Assembly: GCA_002633005.1 (NCBI GenBank) | Contig: NMRA01000021.1 | Span: forward strand, 753,685-817,684 | Length of the DNA: 64,000 nucleotides | Origin: Phoronis australis | Taxonomy: Eukaryota; Animalia; Phoronida | Direction of reading: 5' to 3' | Shown: one piece after another, positions 1 through 14,152 of the stretch | Layout: every line of letters starts with the position of its first letter | Numbering within the stretch: the stretch's first letter is position 1 | The notes under the pieces: generated by a model | Database searches by the model: none | What the model was told of the DNA's origin: nothing | The model's input: the letters and a program-made list of their open reading frames with translations, nothing else | Made by a program: the position numbers and the translations under genes

Positions 1-218
1 AAAAAAAAACGATATACCCGCTTTTCTCGCAGCTGCTTTGTTCGGACAAGCGGGAACGATGCACTACAACATAGCAGCATTCACTCTGCATATGAACCAC
101 TGACGTCGCTAGCGTCGTTTCTCACCTTCCTCACAGGTTAACGCGACACCTCTTGGCAAGGTAAGGTCGACCGATTAAGACGGAAAAAAAGACTAATTAA
201 ATTGGGTGGCATTTTCCT
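1..218 (-). mobile_element. End of a Kolobok-like DNA transposon carrying a decayed THAP-domain N-terminus (truncated by window edge)
   Basis: Minus strand reads TTAA|AGGAAAATGCCAC at 222-206 (TTAA target plus AGG terminus) and encodes ML*CIVPACPNKAAARKAGISF. It aligns in reverse orientation with 36212-36460. Confidence 0.6.
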
Positions 219-3200
219 TTAAAGGTTCACCATATTGATAGAAGTACCTGACAATTAACTTTTAAAACACATACATAACAGTATCCCCTTGATAGTGATA
301 TTCAAGTTCATGTGGTAAACTATAGTGTCCACATACTGCAAGAAGTTTAAAAAGACCGTCAACTGAGAGCAAGAACAGAACAAGATCATGGTCATACATA
401 TTATGATTGATATATGCAGGAGATACTACACAGACGATTAAATAGTCATTCATGTCCTATTTGAAACTACTTCATGGAAGAGCTAAAGCCTCTCGAAAGG
501 ATCCAAAAAGTTTGGCAATGGTCAGTGAGCTGTTGCTTTTATTTACATTTTTAGTTTCCTGGTACTAAAGGTATGCTGCTACCCTGTCAATGACTTTGCA
601 TCACTAATTTCTGGTCTTATAGATTGTCGAACTGAGTATAATTCATTTAAGTTGGACTTGTGAACCTTTGGCTTGACAGGACCTTTTAAAAAAATCTAAT
701 TTGTTGTATTATAGGCATTATAACACTTGAGAACCTTCAGAGCTGTGTCTTATACATACTAATGCAGTATGAAACGTAAGCAACGTTACTTTACTTCTTC
801 CGTTTTGGATATCAGTAGGTCCCAACGTATCGTGGGTATGGGTATGGCGTGTAAATAGATAAAAACGTATATTAATAAAATTTACAAACAGTCGACAAAT
901 CAATTGTTTTCAATACTGCTTCTGCTGGTGAAATCTGCAAAAGAATTCAATTAACACAATTAAGCATGCATTTTGGGGTCTTGAACGTAATTTGGGTTCA
1001 GTCATCCATTGTTTTAGTATGTTAGGGCTTGTATTGGTGTGTTAGTGCAATTGTCAGTCGGGATTACAAAGAGCGCTAGCGTCTGCACAATTGTACCACC
1101 AAGACCTGCAACAAATGTCTAGTGTAATAGATTTGATGGATGTATAGAGATCTATTCATTTGAAGTACATGTGCGTCATCACATCCAAACACTAATATTT
1201 GAGTACAACCCAGAGTACAACAAAACTACAGTCAACCCTTAAGAACTATTGCAATAATCTGGAAACCACACAGTTGTCACCGGTGGAGAGCTGTAAATGC
1301 AAGACCCAAATTTTATCAATAACATGATTTAATCAGCACTATCGTCCTTCATGTATCTGGAAAGATAGCATCTCACAGCGTGCGCTCTCACAGAAGTGCA
1401 ATTTACGGGTCTTTTTTACCTTTCCGTCTTCGGTTTTATTTAGGTTCTCTTTCAGTGGTAGCGAGGTCAGGGTGCTGCTTGTTCAGGTCCTGTATGATCT
1501 TAAAAAGTCTCTATATTTCTCTCTCAGTTTGAATCTTGAAATTCGTCTCAGAAATAACTGTTTATGTAAAACATTAAAATACCAATATTTAAACGCAGTT
1601 CACAAAACGAAAATGAAGTGATCATATTTTAGAACATGAAGAGTATTTCCTAGATCACTTCTGGAAAATTTAGCACTGTAAATTCGACCTTGTTATTGTG
1701 ACCGTTGTTTTACTACTACTCTGTCTTTTGCTTAATACTATGATTTTTGAGAGAATGTGAGAAAGAGTGTAAACTGAAAAAGAGATGCCTGAATTACTGG
1801 CGAGTAGATGTTTCACTTTACTTTTCTATGTTAAACAAACTCGCATGCAGTCGAAACAAGTAACTTCCAGGAGATTTACAGCTTAGCAACACCATACCTT
1901 TTGTCTCTGGTGTCATTAGTGTAAGTGGTACTGCAGCACATTTCGTACCATGTCACCGTTCTCAGCGTCAGATCCTGCATGCTAATGGTATACTAGTCAG
2001 CCAAAGTCCAGTGGATCGACGAAAGGCCAAGTTGCTAAAATCTACAGTGAGGTTAAAAGGAAATCAACACGTCCGAAGTAGTAAAACCTATATGTCCTCA
2101 AATGAAAACTAGGAATGAGTAAAGGTATGACCTGAGGTATAAATTCACGGTTTTTACGTCTTCAAATTCGAAGATCAACACAAGTCCTAGACCCCATTAG
2201 TTCGAAAGCTAAAAGTTCAAACTTTCATGACACGAGGTTCCGAACGGCGATTTCGAGCAAAATTTTCGGTAATTTGGAAGCACATGCCTGTTTGACACTA
2301 GTTCTTCGAAGAGCCTGTGCCTCTGGAAAGAAGGCAAACAAAGTGGTTACCGCCACTAAAGTTTTGCTGTTCCGCTACTGTTGAGGTTTCTGGTATCATA
2401 AATCTTGAAACCAGATTTGATCTAACTAGCTTTCTTTTGTGTCGGAGTCGTGAACACTTGGCCAAATAGGGTCTTTTTAAAAACATTTCATTTTCCGTAT
2501 CATTGGGTGTCAGGACTTGAGAACCTTCAGAGTGCCGGGCTGCATCCAAAATTTATAGTGGCATTAAACGGAAACAACGCTAGTTCACCTACATAATTTT
2601 TGTCTTAAATCTTTCGTCATCCGTTTTGGTTATCCGAGGTTCGCAGCGTATCGTTGATGCACGGTTATACCGCGTAACTAGACAAAAACCTGTATTAATG
2701 AACTTTTCAAACAATCGAGAAATCAACAGTTTTCAATTTGTCACTCGGAAATCAATTGAAAAATCCTGGTCTTTACGCCGATAGAAATCGGTCACGGGAA
2801 CCATTGTTCATCTCCATCTGGTTGTGGCATCTCCAGAGGAATTGAAATAACACCATTCAGCACGTATTTTGTGACCTTGAACGTCCTTTGGATTAATTCA
2901 TGCCGTCTTTCTTGGTATGTTAGGGCAATCGTTGGGCGGGATTAAAAAGTGCGTTAGCGTCAACGCGAAAGCACAAGCAAGAAAAATAACAAACGTCTAG
3001 TCCAAGCGAATTGTAAATACAATTGACAAATGGGGAGATCTATTCATTAGAGTAAATGTGCGTCATCACGGCCCAAGCATTAATACATGAGTAGAACCAA
3101 GGGTACAACTAAAATGCAGGCAACACTTGAAGTCTATTACAACGAAATGGACACCAAACAGTGGTAACAGGTGAAGACCAAAGTGCTATCAATAACGACA

Positions 3201-3280
3201 GTTACCCCTATCGTGCTTCATTCATCGGGTAAGACAGCACCTCATGGCACGTGGCCTGACGCAAGATGCAGCTTCCGGGT

Positions 3281-4190
3281 GCCACAGTTGTCAAAGTCGT
3301 CGGAAAATCATCGTCAGCCGTACACTTTATAGTAAAAACATACATGCCAATTTTCACAATTATCCTGAAAGCGGTTTCATTGATAGATGACTGGACGCCA
3401 AAAACAGAATCGAAAACAGTAAAAATGGCCACTAGAAGGCGCAAACTAGGTCGAATCCATCTGAAAACGGAGAGATAGCGTCACTTAATTCACAGATGCG
3501 TGTATCCCAAATTTTATGAAAATACGTTGAGGACGTTTGAACATACAGAGGTAAACCAAAAAAAAATAAAATTTCCAGTTGGTGGCGCACAGCAGTAGTC
3601 AGATCTGTCCGAAAGTCGTTGTCTTCCGTCGTCAACATCACATAAATACACTTACGGTACTAAATTTATTAAAGATCCTGCGAACGGTTTAGGACATGCA
3701 TCCATAGGCGCAAAACACTGCCACTAGGAAGCGCCATAGTAGTCGATGTCGTAGTAAAATCATAGTCATACATGCCAATTTTCACAATCATCCTTTGAGC
3801 GGTTTGGTTGATAGAGGGGTGGACGCAAAAAACAAACTCGAAAATACCAAAAAAGGCCACTAGGTGGCGCAAACTAAGTCAAATCCATCTGAAAACGGAA
3901 GGTTAGCCTCATCTCACTGATAGGTGCCTATGTACAAATTTTTATGAAAATCCGTTCAGGACTTTTTGAAGTTACAGAGGTAAACGTAAAAACTAAAATT
4001 GCCACCAGGGGTCATACCAATAGTCGGATCCGCCAGAAAGTACGCTCATGCGTCCCATCCACAGAAGATACACATGTGCAAAACTTCCTGAACATACGTT
4101 CAGGCGTTTAGGAGCGGACGCCGGACCCCGAAAGGATGGACGGAGATGACGTCATAATGAGTCCACATATAAATACGTTTGCGCATAAAA
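3281..4190 (+). mobile_element. Helentron/HINE-type non-autonomous element with internal ~428-bp tandem duplication
   Basis: ACATGCCAATTTTCACAAT...CCACTAG..GGCGCAAACTA..TC.AATCCATCTGAAAACGGA repeats at ~3342 and ~3770. The 3' end has a GGAC-like microsatellite (4115-4145) followed by ...CATAAAAA. It interrupts copy 2 of the array. Confidence 0.5.
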
Positions 4191-7100
4191 ACTATAATCA
4201 GGTTCGAAAGAAGTTAATCCCCTCGAAACAATGAACCCATATGATCTTAATTGAAAAATACAAGTGAGAGGTGGGCGGAAGGTATGAAATTACGGAATTC
4301 ATGGCTCCGAAAGTTTACAAGTCGACAAATAAATAATTCCGAAGATAAACAAAAGTCTGAAAGAATATTAGTTGTTTTACTATCAGTTTGATAGGGCTGT
4401 TTTTAGAAACGTTTTTTTTTGCCTGATAGGGTATTTTAAAAAAAATCATTCAATGTTACATAACTTACCTTCAGGCTTGCGAACCTTCGGAGTATCGAGC
4501 TCCATCTTATTTATACTACTGCATTATGACTTGCACGCTACTTTAAATTTCCTTCTTAATTTTAGTCTTCGGTTGTTATTTTTCAGTCTTTCATGCTTCT
4601 TCTTCCGTCTTGGTTTTCTGTGAGTAGGATCGTATCGTTGTGGCGTGGGCATGGTAAGTAAATAAACGAAAACGTTCATTAATAAAATTTACAAACAATC
4701 GATAAATCAACAATTATTTTCAATTTGCCATTCGGAAACTAATTAAAAAACTCTCATCCCTGCCACGGTAGTAATCGATCACGGGAACCACTGTTCAGCT
4801 CCATTTGATCTTGGCATTTAGAGAGGAATTCAAATAACACCACTCAGCATGCATTTTGTGACCTTGAACGTCGTTTGGATTTATTCATGCTGTATTTCTT
4901 GATATGTTAGGATTGGTGTTAGTATGTTAGTGGAATTGTTAGTTGGGATTAAAAAGAGTGTTAGCGTCAACGCGAATGTACCAGCAAGACAGTAACAAAC
5001 GCTTAGTGCAAGCAAATGGTAATGGATATGATGAATGGAGAGCTTTATCTATTCGAAGTACATGTGCGACATCGCAACCCACACACTAATACTTGAGTAC
5101 AACCCAATTATCTGGACACCATACATTTGTCACAGGTGGGTAACTGTAACTGTAAGTGCCAGCCAGACAAAAATGTTATCAAGAACGAAAGTTACACACC
5201 TCTATCGCCCTTCATGTATCGGGTAAGACAAGATCTCATGGTGCACGCCCTCACGTAAGAGGCAACTCCCGGGATTTTTTACCTTTCCGACTGTGGTGTC
5301 ATTTTGTGTTGGTGGTTCAGCGGCATCTTGGCCGGGTGCACTGCCAGTTGTGGCGAGGTCCTGTATGACCATAGTAAAAACGTCAACATTTCTCTAACTT
5401 TGAAGGTTCAAAATCGTGCACATTTCCCCAACTTTGAAGTTTTATATCTCAGAAATAGCTGTCCATATTTATGTAAAACATCCAAATCCAAGGACTTAAA
5501 CATCGTTTACAAAACGAATTCAAAATAAAATCATGATATTTTAGAACATTAATAGTTTTTTTTATTACGTCTTGGAACATTTTCATCAAATGAAATTTGA
5601 ACGTGTTATCGATACCGTTGTTTTGCTATTACTGTGCTTTTCTTTTCTTTTTCGCTAAATTTTACATAAGGGAAATATTCTTGTGAGGCAATCATTATGA
5701 ATATCAGACAATAAAAACCGAAATTTCAAATTTTACTTTGGTTTCTAGTTTCCTATAATATAAACATTTAAGGAGTTAAAATATTTGATTTTATAAAAAA
5801 TTTAGCTAAAATCGAATATTTGGCAATAAAGTCCAATCAACCTTCGAGGACGAATTTAACATACATGAGCCGAGGTGAGTGTATTTCATATTGTGAAGTA
5901 TACACTGGAAGAAATTTGGTTAGGAAAGTAAAAAGATGCCCCAGCAAACTTGTAACTGAAGTGTAAAACATTTTAAATGCTTTTTTTCTTATGAAAGTTG
6001 AACGGTAATACACTTTTTAACTCTGTTGTCAGTCGTATTAGTGGTACTGCAAGAACTTTTTGATGCACTGTAAGCCGTCGTGACGTCGTGGTCCTGTATG
6101 GTCCCGTAAGGATGATAAACCTTATATTGATGATGTCAACCAATCCACTTTCTGTCACTTGCTTTGATTTTTAGTGTCAATCTTCCAAAATAAAAGCAGA
6201 AACCAACTGAAAAAACTTACACTTCCTTCCTCATAAATTGCACGTTGTGGTCCTTGACGGGTGGCCTTCTCCAAAGGTGCTGTGTAACTTGCTAAAAGCG
6301 TAGGTCACGCTTGCCAGTTTAGCAGAATTTGTTAGACGTTTTCAAAATTCCCTCCAGACTTTTGAGGGTTGGCAATAAGTTACAAAGCATTATTTTGTTT
6401 CAGAGAACTGGATGGGGAAAGTCGTTTTTAGTATGTGTAAGTAAGCCAAAACCGAGTTTGGTATCCTTTTAATGATAAACAAAGCCCAGCTATTTAACAA
6501 ATGACATAGTCACTCAAAAAATACAGCAATTAAGACTAAATGTTGTTCACTTCCGAGAAGTGTATTTTATATTGAAAAGATCTCCCAGTTATACAATTAC
6601 CAACGCAATTTTCAGAGACTGCACTAAAACCAGTTGTGAAACCGTGTACTTGAATAAAGACGTATTCCTGAAGTAGATTTTTCATTTCGCTTTTCCAAAT
6701 AAAACAAGTGATTTATCAAGTTTTGATGGCTCAAATGAATACACACATGTAGTCAAAACTGGTAACTGCCAGGATACTGATTTACAGCTGAACGGCACCA
6801 TATCTTTGGCCCTGGTGTCATTCGTGCTAGTGGTCCTTCTGCACTTTTGGTACACTGTAACTGCTCGCGACATCAGGTGCGGTGGGTAAATGGTACACTA
6901 GTCAGCCAAAGTCCACTAGTTCGACGACGTGCCAAGTCGCTAAAAATTGCACAATGAGAAGTGATCAACCTTATATGACCTGAATTGAAAACTTCAAGTG
7001 AGAAAGAATGTGTACAGAGTTTATATGAAATTAAGTATTCATGAGTCGCAAGGTTTGCAAGTCTTAAAATCCATAAATCTGAAGACTTATCCACACAATT

Positions 7101-7801
7101 AAGATAACCCACCGAAGGTTATAAATTTGAACTTTCATGACACTAGGTTCCGAACAGTGTTTTTGAGCAAAACGCTCAGGGATTTATTTGCACACGGCTG
7201 CTTGAAACTAGTTCTTCGAAGAGCCCGTGCCTCTCAAAACGGGATCCAAACATGAAGTTGGGCGATTCACTGAGTTGCTGTAGTTATTTACATGTTCGAA
7301 GTATGGTTTATCGCCGCCAAAATTTTGCTGCTTGGCTGTGGTTGACTTTGAATCGCTGGTTTCTGGCATCATAGACCTTCGGACTAGTTTCGAACTAACT
7401 AGGTTTTTCTTTCTGTCGGATTTGTGAACCTTCGGCCTTATAATGCCTTTTATTCATTTGTGGTATTATTAGAGTTCGAACTTGTGAACCTTTGGGGTAT
7501 CGAGCTGTACACTATCTATACTAATACAGTATGACACGCAAGCAACGTTAGATTACATAAACTCCCTGTTAGATTATCTTCTTAATTTTCCTCTTCCGCC
7601 TTTCTTCCGTCTTGGTTATCCGTGGATCACAGCTTGTCGTTTATGTATGGGTATGGCGTGCAAATAGACAAAAAACGTGCAGTAATGAAATTTAAAGACA
7701 GTCGGCAAATCAACTATTGTTTTCAAGTTGACACTTTGAGATTAATTGAAAAATCTACCAAGGCAGTTATCGATCACGGGAACCATTGTTCTGATCCATA
7801 T

Positions 7802-8486
7802 GTTGGGGGTCATCCTGATGTGTTCCCGTTTTATGCATATCGGGATTCTACATATGTACGTGTCCCGGGTTCGGTATGACCACGTTTCGTTGCATCGGAC
7901 GGAGGTCTATGTGTCCTGGTGTGGTAGCTGTGATTGTCCCCCTGCAGAGAATGTCCTAGCTGCATGTATTTGAATGCCGGTGTACTGGCACGTTAACCAG
8001 TGGATTAGGCGGATGCTTCATCCAAATACATGCAAACCGGACAATTTCTCCAGGGGGGCAATGGCTACTTTCACACCGAGTTCTATGTGTTATTGGTCAG
8101 TGTTCGATGAGCCAAGAAAATTAACATGCCCAAGTTCGCCGTTTGCGACCTATCCGAAATCTCGAAAACTAAAGGCGCATTTTCAAGAAGTGAGCTAGCA
8201 TTCCAAAATTCCAGGGGGTATTGCTTTATCTGACAACGACCAGAATCCAATGCAACTAAGGAGAATGCATAAAAATAACACGTTACTTTATTACTTGTTG
8301 AACTTATGTCCTAAATCAGGATCGAAAAGCACCCGACAACTGTCATGTGGGCCTAAATGGCAAGCGTTGCTAAAACTTGCACACTCGTTCGCTTAGCGTC
8401 TGGACTATTACGCAAAGCACCGGGACACAAAAACCCGGACAGGTAGGATTCGGAGTCTATAAAACGGGACGCATGTTAGGGCCCCA
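7802..8486. mobile_element. MITE-like DNA transposon remnant with imperfect terminal inverted repeats
   Basis: Left end GGGGTCATCCTGATGTGTTCCCGTTTTAT versus reverse complement of the right end GGGGCCCTAACATGCGTCCCGTTTTAT. Absent from the other array copies. Confidence 0.55.
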
Positions 8487-8610
8487 GTTATTATGTTAGT
8501 ACAAATTTTAGTCGGGATTAGAAAGAGTATTAAATTCAGCAAGTCAAGTAACAAACATCTAATGCAAACTGATGATAATACATTTGATAGATGGATAGAT
8601 ATATCCATTT

Positions 8611-8933
8611 AATAATAATAGTAATAATAATAATAAATAATAATAATAATAATATCACTTACTGTACATCGTAGGCTTGGCTTACTCATACAGAAATACA
8701 TAAATTCAAATGTATATTGAGAGTATTTACACGGAGTGCAGGTGCAGCCTCCCGTTCAGTATCGCTAGGACCTAGCTTAAAAGCAAGACTTTGCGAGATT
8801 ACGCGAGATATTGCCGTGTATTTTAAATAAGAGCACGTGACCTTGACTAGCTTTTGGTTAGGTCCTAGCGTAGGTCCTAGCGTCTACTGAACGCGCGCCA
8901 GTTCTTCTCTTAAAGCCATAGTCTTCTCAGTGA
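8611..8933. mobile_element. Short insertion flanked by a 10-bp direct repeat (ATATCCATTT), starting with (AAT)n
   Basis: ATATCCATTT at 8601-8610 and 8934-8943; array homology resumes immediately after. Confidence 0.6.
8747..8899. mobile_element. ~150-bp MITE (GTTCAGTA.CGCTAGGACCT family), nested copy
   Basis: Inverted ends GTTCAGTATCGCTAGGACCT / AGGTCCTAGCGTCTACTGAAC; related copies at 50364-50470 and 51665-51809. Confidence 0.7.
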
Positions 8934-10099
8934 ATATCCATTTGAATAAATGTGCGTCGTCACGACCCGAACACTAATGTATGAGTATAACCCAAAGTAC
9001 AACTACTGTAAAATACAGCCGACACTTAAAACATATACGTATTACAACTACCTGTACACCAAACAGTTGCCACAGGTGGAGAACTGTAACAGCAAGCAGC
9101 CAGACAAAAATGTAATTAATGACAGAAGTTACGCACCTGTATCGTCCTTCATGTATCGGGTAAGACATATCTGATTCATCTCCTCACGGTGCGCGCTTTC
9201 AAGGAAATGGCGGTAATCTGAAACAGCAGGCCGACCCACTCAAAGGTAAACATTCAAGGGTCATGCTATTACTTCTCAGGAGGGGTTATTGCGCTTTCCA
9301 ATGAACTACGAACACACCAAGTAATCGAAGTGCAACAACCAGGTAACCCCGTCATTACAAAATCCAGATAAATAAACTCGCCTTTTAGAGATACTGAATA
9401 CCAAAAGAGTGTTCTCAATGGAAAATCGTGCCACATATGTATAGAAACTTTCAAAAACTAAACCGCATGGGGGCTACGACGAAATTAGATGCAGGTCGTC
9501 CGTCAGTCTCGATTCGTGAACAGAGATTTGCCTTTGGGGTCGTGGTCTCTCAAACGGATAAGTCGGTGTTTTTTGTTTCCTGTCTGTCAACTTTCGATTC
9601 AGGAACTCGTATTGCTTTCCACTATCTGGCTCTGCCCGCCCGTGATTAACGCGAACCCTACCGGTCGTAGCATGAGAATATCCATAGCCAAAAGTGATAT
9701 GTAAAGTGTTGCTTTAAATCTGTCTAAATAGTAAAGTAAATTTGTACAACTGTTTTCTACTTAACCTATTAAAACGAGTCTTAAAATCAAAATTAACATC
9801 AACAGACACACGTGTACAACCTGGGAAGCTCATTTATATTGAGAAGCAAATTGTTGAAGGCACTGTATTCATAAGTCTTCACACAGGTCATATGTTGGTC
9901 ACATCACGTGAAGACGTGTCAAACATGTAAATTGTTACTGTGGCACAATTAATTTTCTATGCAATTTACAAAAAAACAGCGAGTTTAACATTATGTAAAA
10001 TTTGAGCATTTGTTTCAATACTACATTTGTCCAAGGTTTCATTGCAGAGCACGTGTCGGATCGAGTCTACACAGTCATTTGTCTTTGAAAGTTTATTAT

Positions 10100-10770
10100 T
10101 GGAGTTCATGGTGATTATTTAAAAACCTAATGACTTTGTAGAATGTATCAATTCTAGTAATGACGATGGTATTTTTCTATGTCAAAATGTTTCCGATGTG
10201 AAAGTTTTGTGATATGCTGATGATATGGCTTTGTGTACTTAATCTCCAGTTAAACTGCAAAGACTACTTTGTGCCTTAAGTAAGTTCTGCCAGGAATGGA
10301 GCGTGTCTGTAAATTTAGTGAAGGCCACAGTTACATGTATGGTGTTTAGAAACGGAGGTCCATTGAGAAATTGCGAGATGTAGTATTTTGGAGGTGAAAA
10401 ACTCGAAGTGATTTCCATGCCAGCTACATGTATCTTGGTGTTGTGTTCACGCCAAAGTTATTGTGGACTATGGCTGCTCAGACCCTGTCAGCCCAAGCCA
10501 CGGAGGTAGCCATTACAGTCGACAAGCTACAAAGAAGCAGAGCCATATTTCAACAACGTGTGGCTTTTGAGACATTTGATAAAATAATTTACCCCAGCTC
10601 ATGCCATGGAGCCGAAATATGGGGCTTACAAGAATACAACTGGTTAGAATAAGTGCAAATTAAATTTTGCAGGCGTGTATTGGGTGTAGCTAATTCATGC
10701 TGAAACAATGCTGCACTGAGCGCATGTCGGCGGTTGCCGTTATTTACTAATCACTATGTTGCCGTGATCA
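10100..10770 (+). mobile_element. Degenerate non-LTR retrotransposon reverse transcriptase fragment (L2/Crack/Daphne-like)
   Basis: Translates with stops to YADDMALCT*SPVKLQRLLCALSKFCQEWSVSVN...MVFRNGG...YLGVVFTPKLLW...HGAEIWG...VQIKFCRRVLGV. Confidence 0.85.
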
Positions 10771-12782
10771 CGCCAATATTGAAGTCACCATACTCTCCGA
10801 GCGTTCGTGTCGCGCGAAGTCTTGCGTGATTTTACGTTTTCGCGAGATTCTGGCGTCTATGGCAAAATGTAAGAGTTTTCTGCATAGTAGTGATTAGGAC
10901 GGCAGCAGAGTATCACTGTGTTACATGTACCTGCGCCCTAATGGTGTCACATGCCAGGATCAGAGTGTTGGGATGTGGTTATTCGTCTATAGTAAATGAA
11001 CATAATTTCAACCATTTTTCTGCGCAGCATATACCTGAACACAGAGTATGAATGTGCATGCTGCTTTCTTTAAGGGGTGAAAAAGTTGCAGCCCCAAATT
11101 GTAAACCTTTGAGCTTGATGAACTGATCAGTACAGTGCAATTTGTGCGCAACTTGATGTAGGCCACTGGTACCCGTTTCATTTCATGGGAATTAGGATTT
11201 AATCCAGGAACTTCGGCTTACGCCCCACACAACTATTATAGAAAAATAATTTCACCATACCTCAACAAAAAATATGCTCTGTAAAATATACGGTAATTGC
11301 TAGCGGTTCTGATTATTGCTTTAACTGTTTGAGCTTTGGTGTGGTAACTCAGTAATTGTGAAGTAGGGGCGTTTGTCAAAGCGCAATGAAGCCCAACTCC
11401 CATCACCAGTCACTGAACTTTTGATTTAGACCACTTACCGTTATGAAATTCGTCCCAAGTCATTCCTTAGTTAAATTCACGGTTAGAAAGAACTGAGAGT
11501 TCGCCATTGCTCGAGTCTAGGCCGCGAATTGTTTTCCAGTGTCACGGCGTGTCATTTTGCGCGCCGAGGAAGTTGTGATGGAGTAACGAATCGTCAGTTC
11601 TTTACATGCACAAATTCACTTCTCTGCTGTGCACGGTTTGGAACAGTTTTAAAGTCATAAGCATTAGGCAACTCTTACGCTAAAACTGCAGTACAAGCTG
11701 ATTAATTCGACGAATGGACAGATATCAAATGGGTAAAAGGTTCTGGGTGTATGAAAGGCATTATCATACCCCGGCCATTCATCTTGCCTCTGTATCGTCA
11801 AATAAGTTGTCAAACAATAAATGATGCCAGGACCCTCTTCTAGCGTGGTTGAAAGATGCCTCCATCAAATGCCACCCAACGGATGCTAACGTTCACTTGC
11901 GGAAATTCTTTACATTTTAAGGTTGCGTATGGAAGACTTGCGACATATAGCGTATAGAAACATATTACCAACTATGTTTTGGAAATTAAGTTGTGGCGAT
12001 TCAAATTTAAGTATACGACCCGCAAGGATTTTCAGTCTGTGTACATCTCGTTCAAATAGCGAATCATGCTTGTGTTATGCTTCAACAAAGCATTTTGAAT
12101 TTGAATGTAAATTAGAGTTTTAACTACCACTTTGCCATCAAAATTGCAATAACTCACCAGCATAACAAGACATGAATGCACAGGTACATATATGCTTAAT
12201 TTGATATTGATGAGGGACGCTCAAAGTTGTGACTTCGTTTATTGAAATTTACGTAATAAAGGTCGGGGTGCCGTCTTTTACGTTTCATTTTCAATACACT
12301 GTATTGCATAACTTAATAACAAGACAGAACAAGTATGCGATCATTGGCCTACGAACTTGCCTGAGGCACAACATTGTGGTCAAAAAGGCTTTTTCCTTTA
12401 TATCAGAAAAGAGGAAAACATTTCATCATGTTGCATATTACTTAATATGGTATATGTTTTCAATTTTTTTGCACTAGATTAACTCTTTGAGATAAGGTCT
12501 TTAAGTGACCCGTAGTTGAGTTGACACGGCGTACTCCAAGGCGAGAACATGAATGATTTGGCGGCTAGTTTATTCAATTGCATTTTCACACCTTGCCGTG
12601 TGCTGTGAGCTCAGCTACGATTCACTTCAGCTAGCAGATTCCTGTCTGCTCTGGCCTTAATTGTGGCTAATTGTGCATGCATGGAGGACGTAAAAGTAGG
12701 CGTCTGAGGTTTCTCGCTAGTTTTGCTAAATCACGCAGTTTTTCGCGTGATATCACTAAGACATTCACACGAAGCCATTGCT

Positions 12783-13215
12783 TTTATTCGCGAATATTTT
12801 GTGTTACCCGAATGGAACATGAACTGAAATTTGCTTAGCAAGGTCAGGAATGAAGAAAACACGTAATTTATGGTGAATAATGTCAACTAATTTTACAAAG
12901 TTACTAGTTATTCAGTGGCAAACACTGGCATTATAAGTTACTTCATATTGGACATGGCAGCTAATTACGCTTTCACATACAAAAGTTTGTACAAATTGTG
13001 TTTCAGCGGCATACTGAAAATTGCTGCCTACGTGCGTGCTTATGTCATGTGTGAAAAAAACAGAATCAACAATCGATATGATTTCTTTGTCTATTAACAA
13101 GGCATCCACTAAATAGGTGACACCGCTAAATTCATCAATTAGTTTTGGTTGTTGTGGAAAACAAGTTTTAGTCTTTAAATGCCTTTCCTGTACCACGTTA
13201 TCTTTCACGCCAAAC
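12783..13215 (-). other. IGFBP-like gene A exon 3 (last base of split stop codon plus 3'UTR)
   Basis: Acceptor ttttattgttttcag|G at 13216/13215; homologous to gene B exon 3; AATAAA on the minus strand at 12788-12783. Confidence 0.7.
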
Positions 13216-14152
13216 CTGAAAACAATAAAATAGTTATTGAAAAAGAACTAATAGTCAATGCAATTCCGACCTTAATTTCGACAGCAGCGAACACATGAGA
13301 TGCTTCAACTTCCAGGATTCCTCGCAGTGACGTAATCGGATACCAATCAATTTCAGCCGATTCTACCAACTTTTTTCAGAACGCATTAAGCAGTCCCCTC
13401 TGTAGCCAATACGTAGCCATGGTGCAAAGTTGTATTCTAAATATACAGATTTGCGCCGATGTGGGTAAAAAACTGACCAAATAAAACCTGACATAAAATT
13501 ATTGTCATTAAAAACTAGGCTCTTCCTTGAGTGAACTTAATTGTTTACCGGTGTTGGAAAATTGGATTTCTGCCGTTATTCTGCTGCTAAAATTGTGGTG
13601 CGATCTTTTGCGTCGGTTATCGGCGCCATGAAATATTGCGTCACCTATTGGCAAGTTGCCCTTTTCCCCGATTCTTCAATCAATTGTTCTTCTTCCATGA
13701 GGATGTCTACATGTAAATGTCACAACAAATTATGAGAACTGGTTTCATGTTAACTAGAATATAACATAGCCCATCCACACAAGACGGTTCAACTAGGAGC
13801 AAAACCATCCACCCGTGCTGGCGGCACGTCCCTGCCAATCTTTCCTATGAGAGTTAAATCCTCGGTCTAATGCTTTGCTGCGTTCTTTGAAATGCTCATG
13901 TGGGGAAGGACAGATCAGCTCAATTGAAGTACCTAGTTGATAAATCTACAAAGATCTGCATTTCGCTGAAAAATGTTATCTGTCAGTGGCAGACATTATA
14001 AAACAACAGATGACTTCGTCATTTTTGGGTGAAGTTACTCTAAGCCTATAAATTTGTTTTAGAAACCCGACAATTAAATTAGCGTTTGCGAGGAATGAAA
14101 TCGCAGATGCAGTCGCTGACACTAGATTTCAGTAACAGATAATGTCACTTAC

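Larger units (their letters stand above)
455..9200. repeat. Old diverged tandem array, unit ~1.8 kb, about 4 copies (~455-1870, 1870-3280, 4470-6150, 6770-9200) interrupted by TE insertions
   Basis: Shared blocks recur in the same order: GAACCTT(C/T)xGAG at ~731/2521/4481/7487; CACGGGAACCA at ~2793/4780/7775; GGGATTA at ~1060/2938/4945/8514; CTAGTTCTTCGAAGAGCC at ~2298/7208; CTAGTCAGCCAAAGTCCA at ~1993/6898. No frame stays open in all copies. Confidence 0.8.

Noticed and set aside
4690-4890. HAE motif (KMHAEWC) and TGA codons shared between array copies, suggesting a deaminase or TGA recoding
   Set aside because: There is no PCxxC partner motif, HAE is not conserved in other copies, and TAA/TAG stops and frameshifts occur in all frames; shared stops are explained by duplication after decay.
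6380-6472. ~80-bp block shared with 56130-56218 upstream of gene C, at first suggesting a fourth paralogue promoter
   Set aside because: The 56-kb copy is bounded by TTAAGG...CCTTTAA, consistent with a short Kolobok-type MITE rather than a regulatory homologue.
12912-13208. 98-aa minus-strand ORF in gene A exon 3
   Set aside because: It lies after the split stop codon, and the homologous gene B region has indels that break it; treated as 3'UTR.
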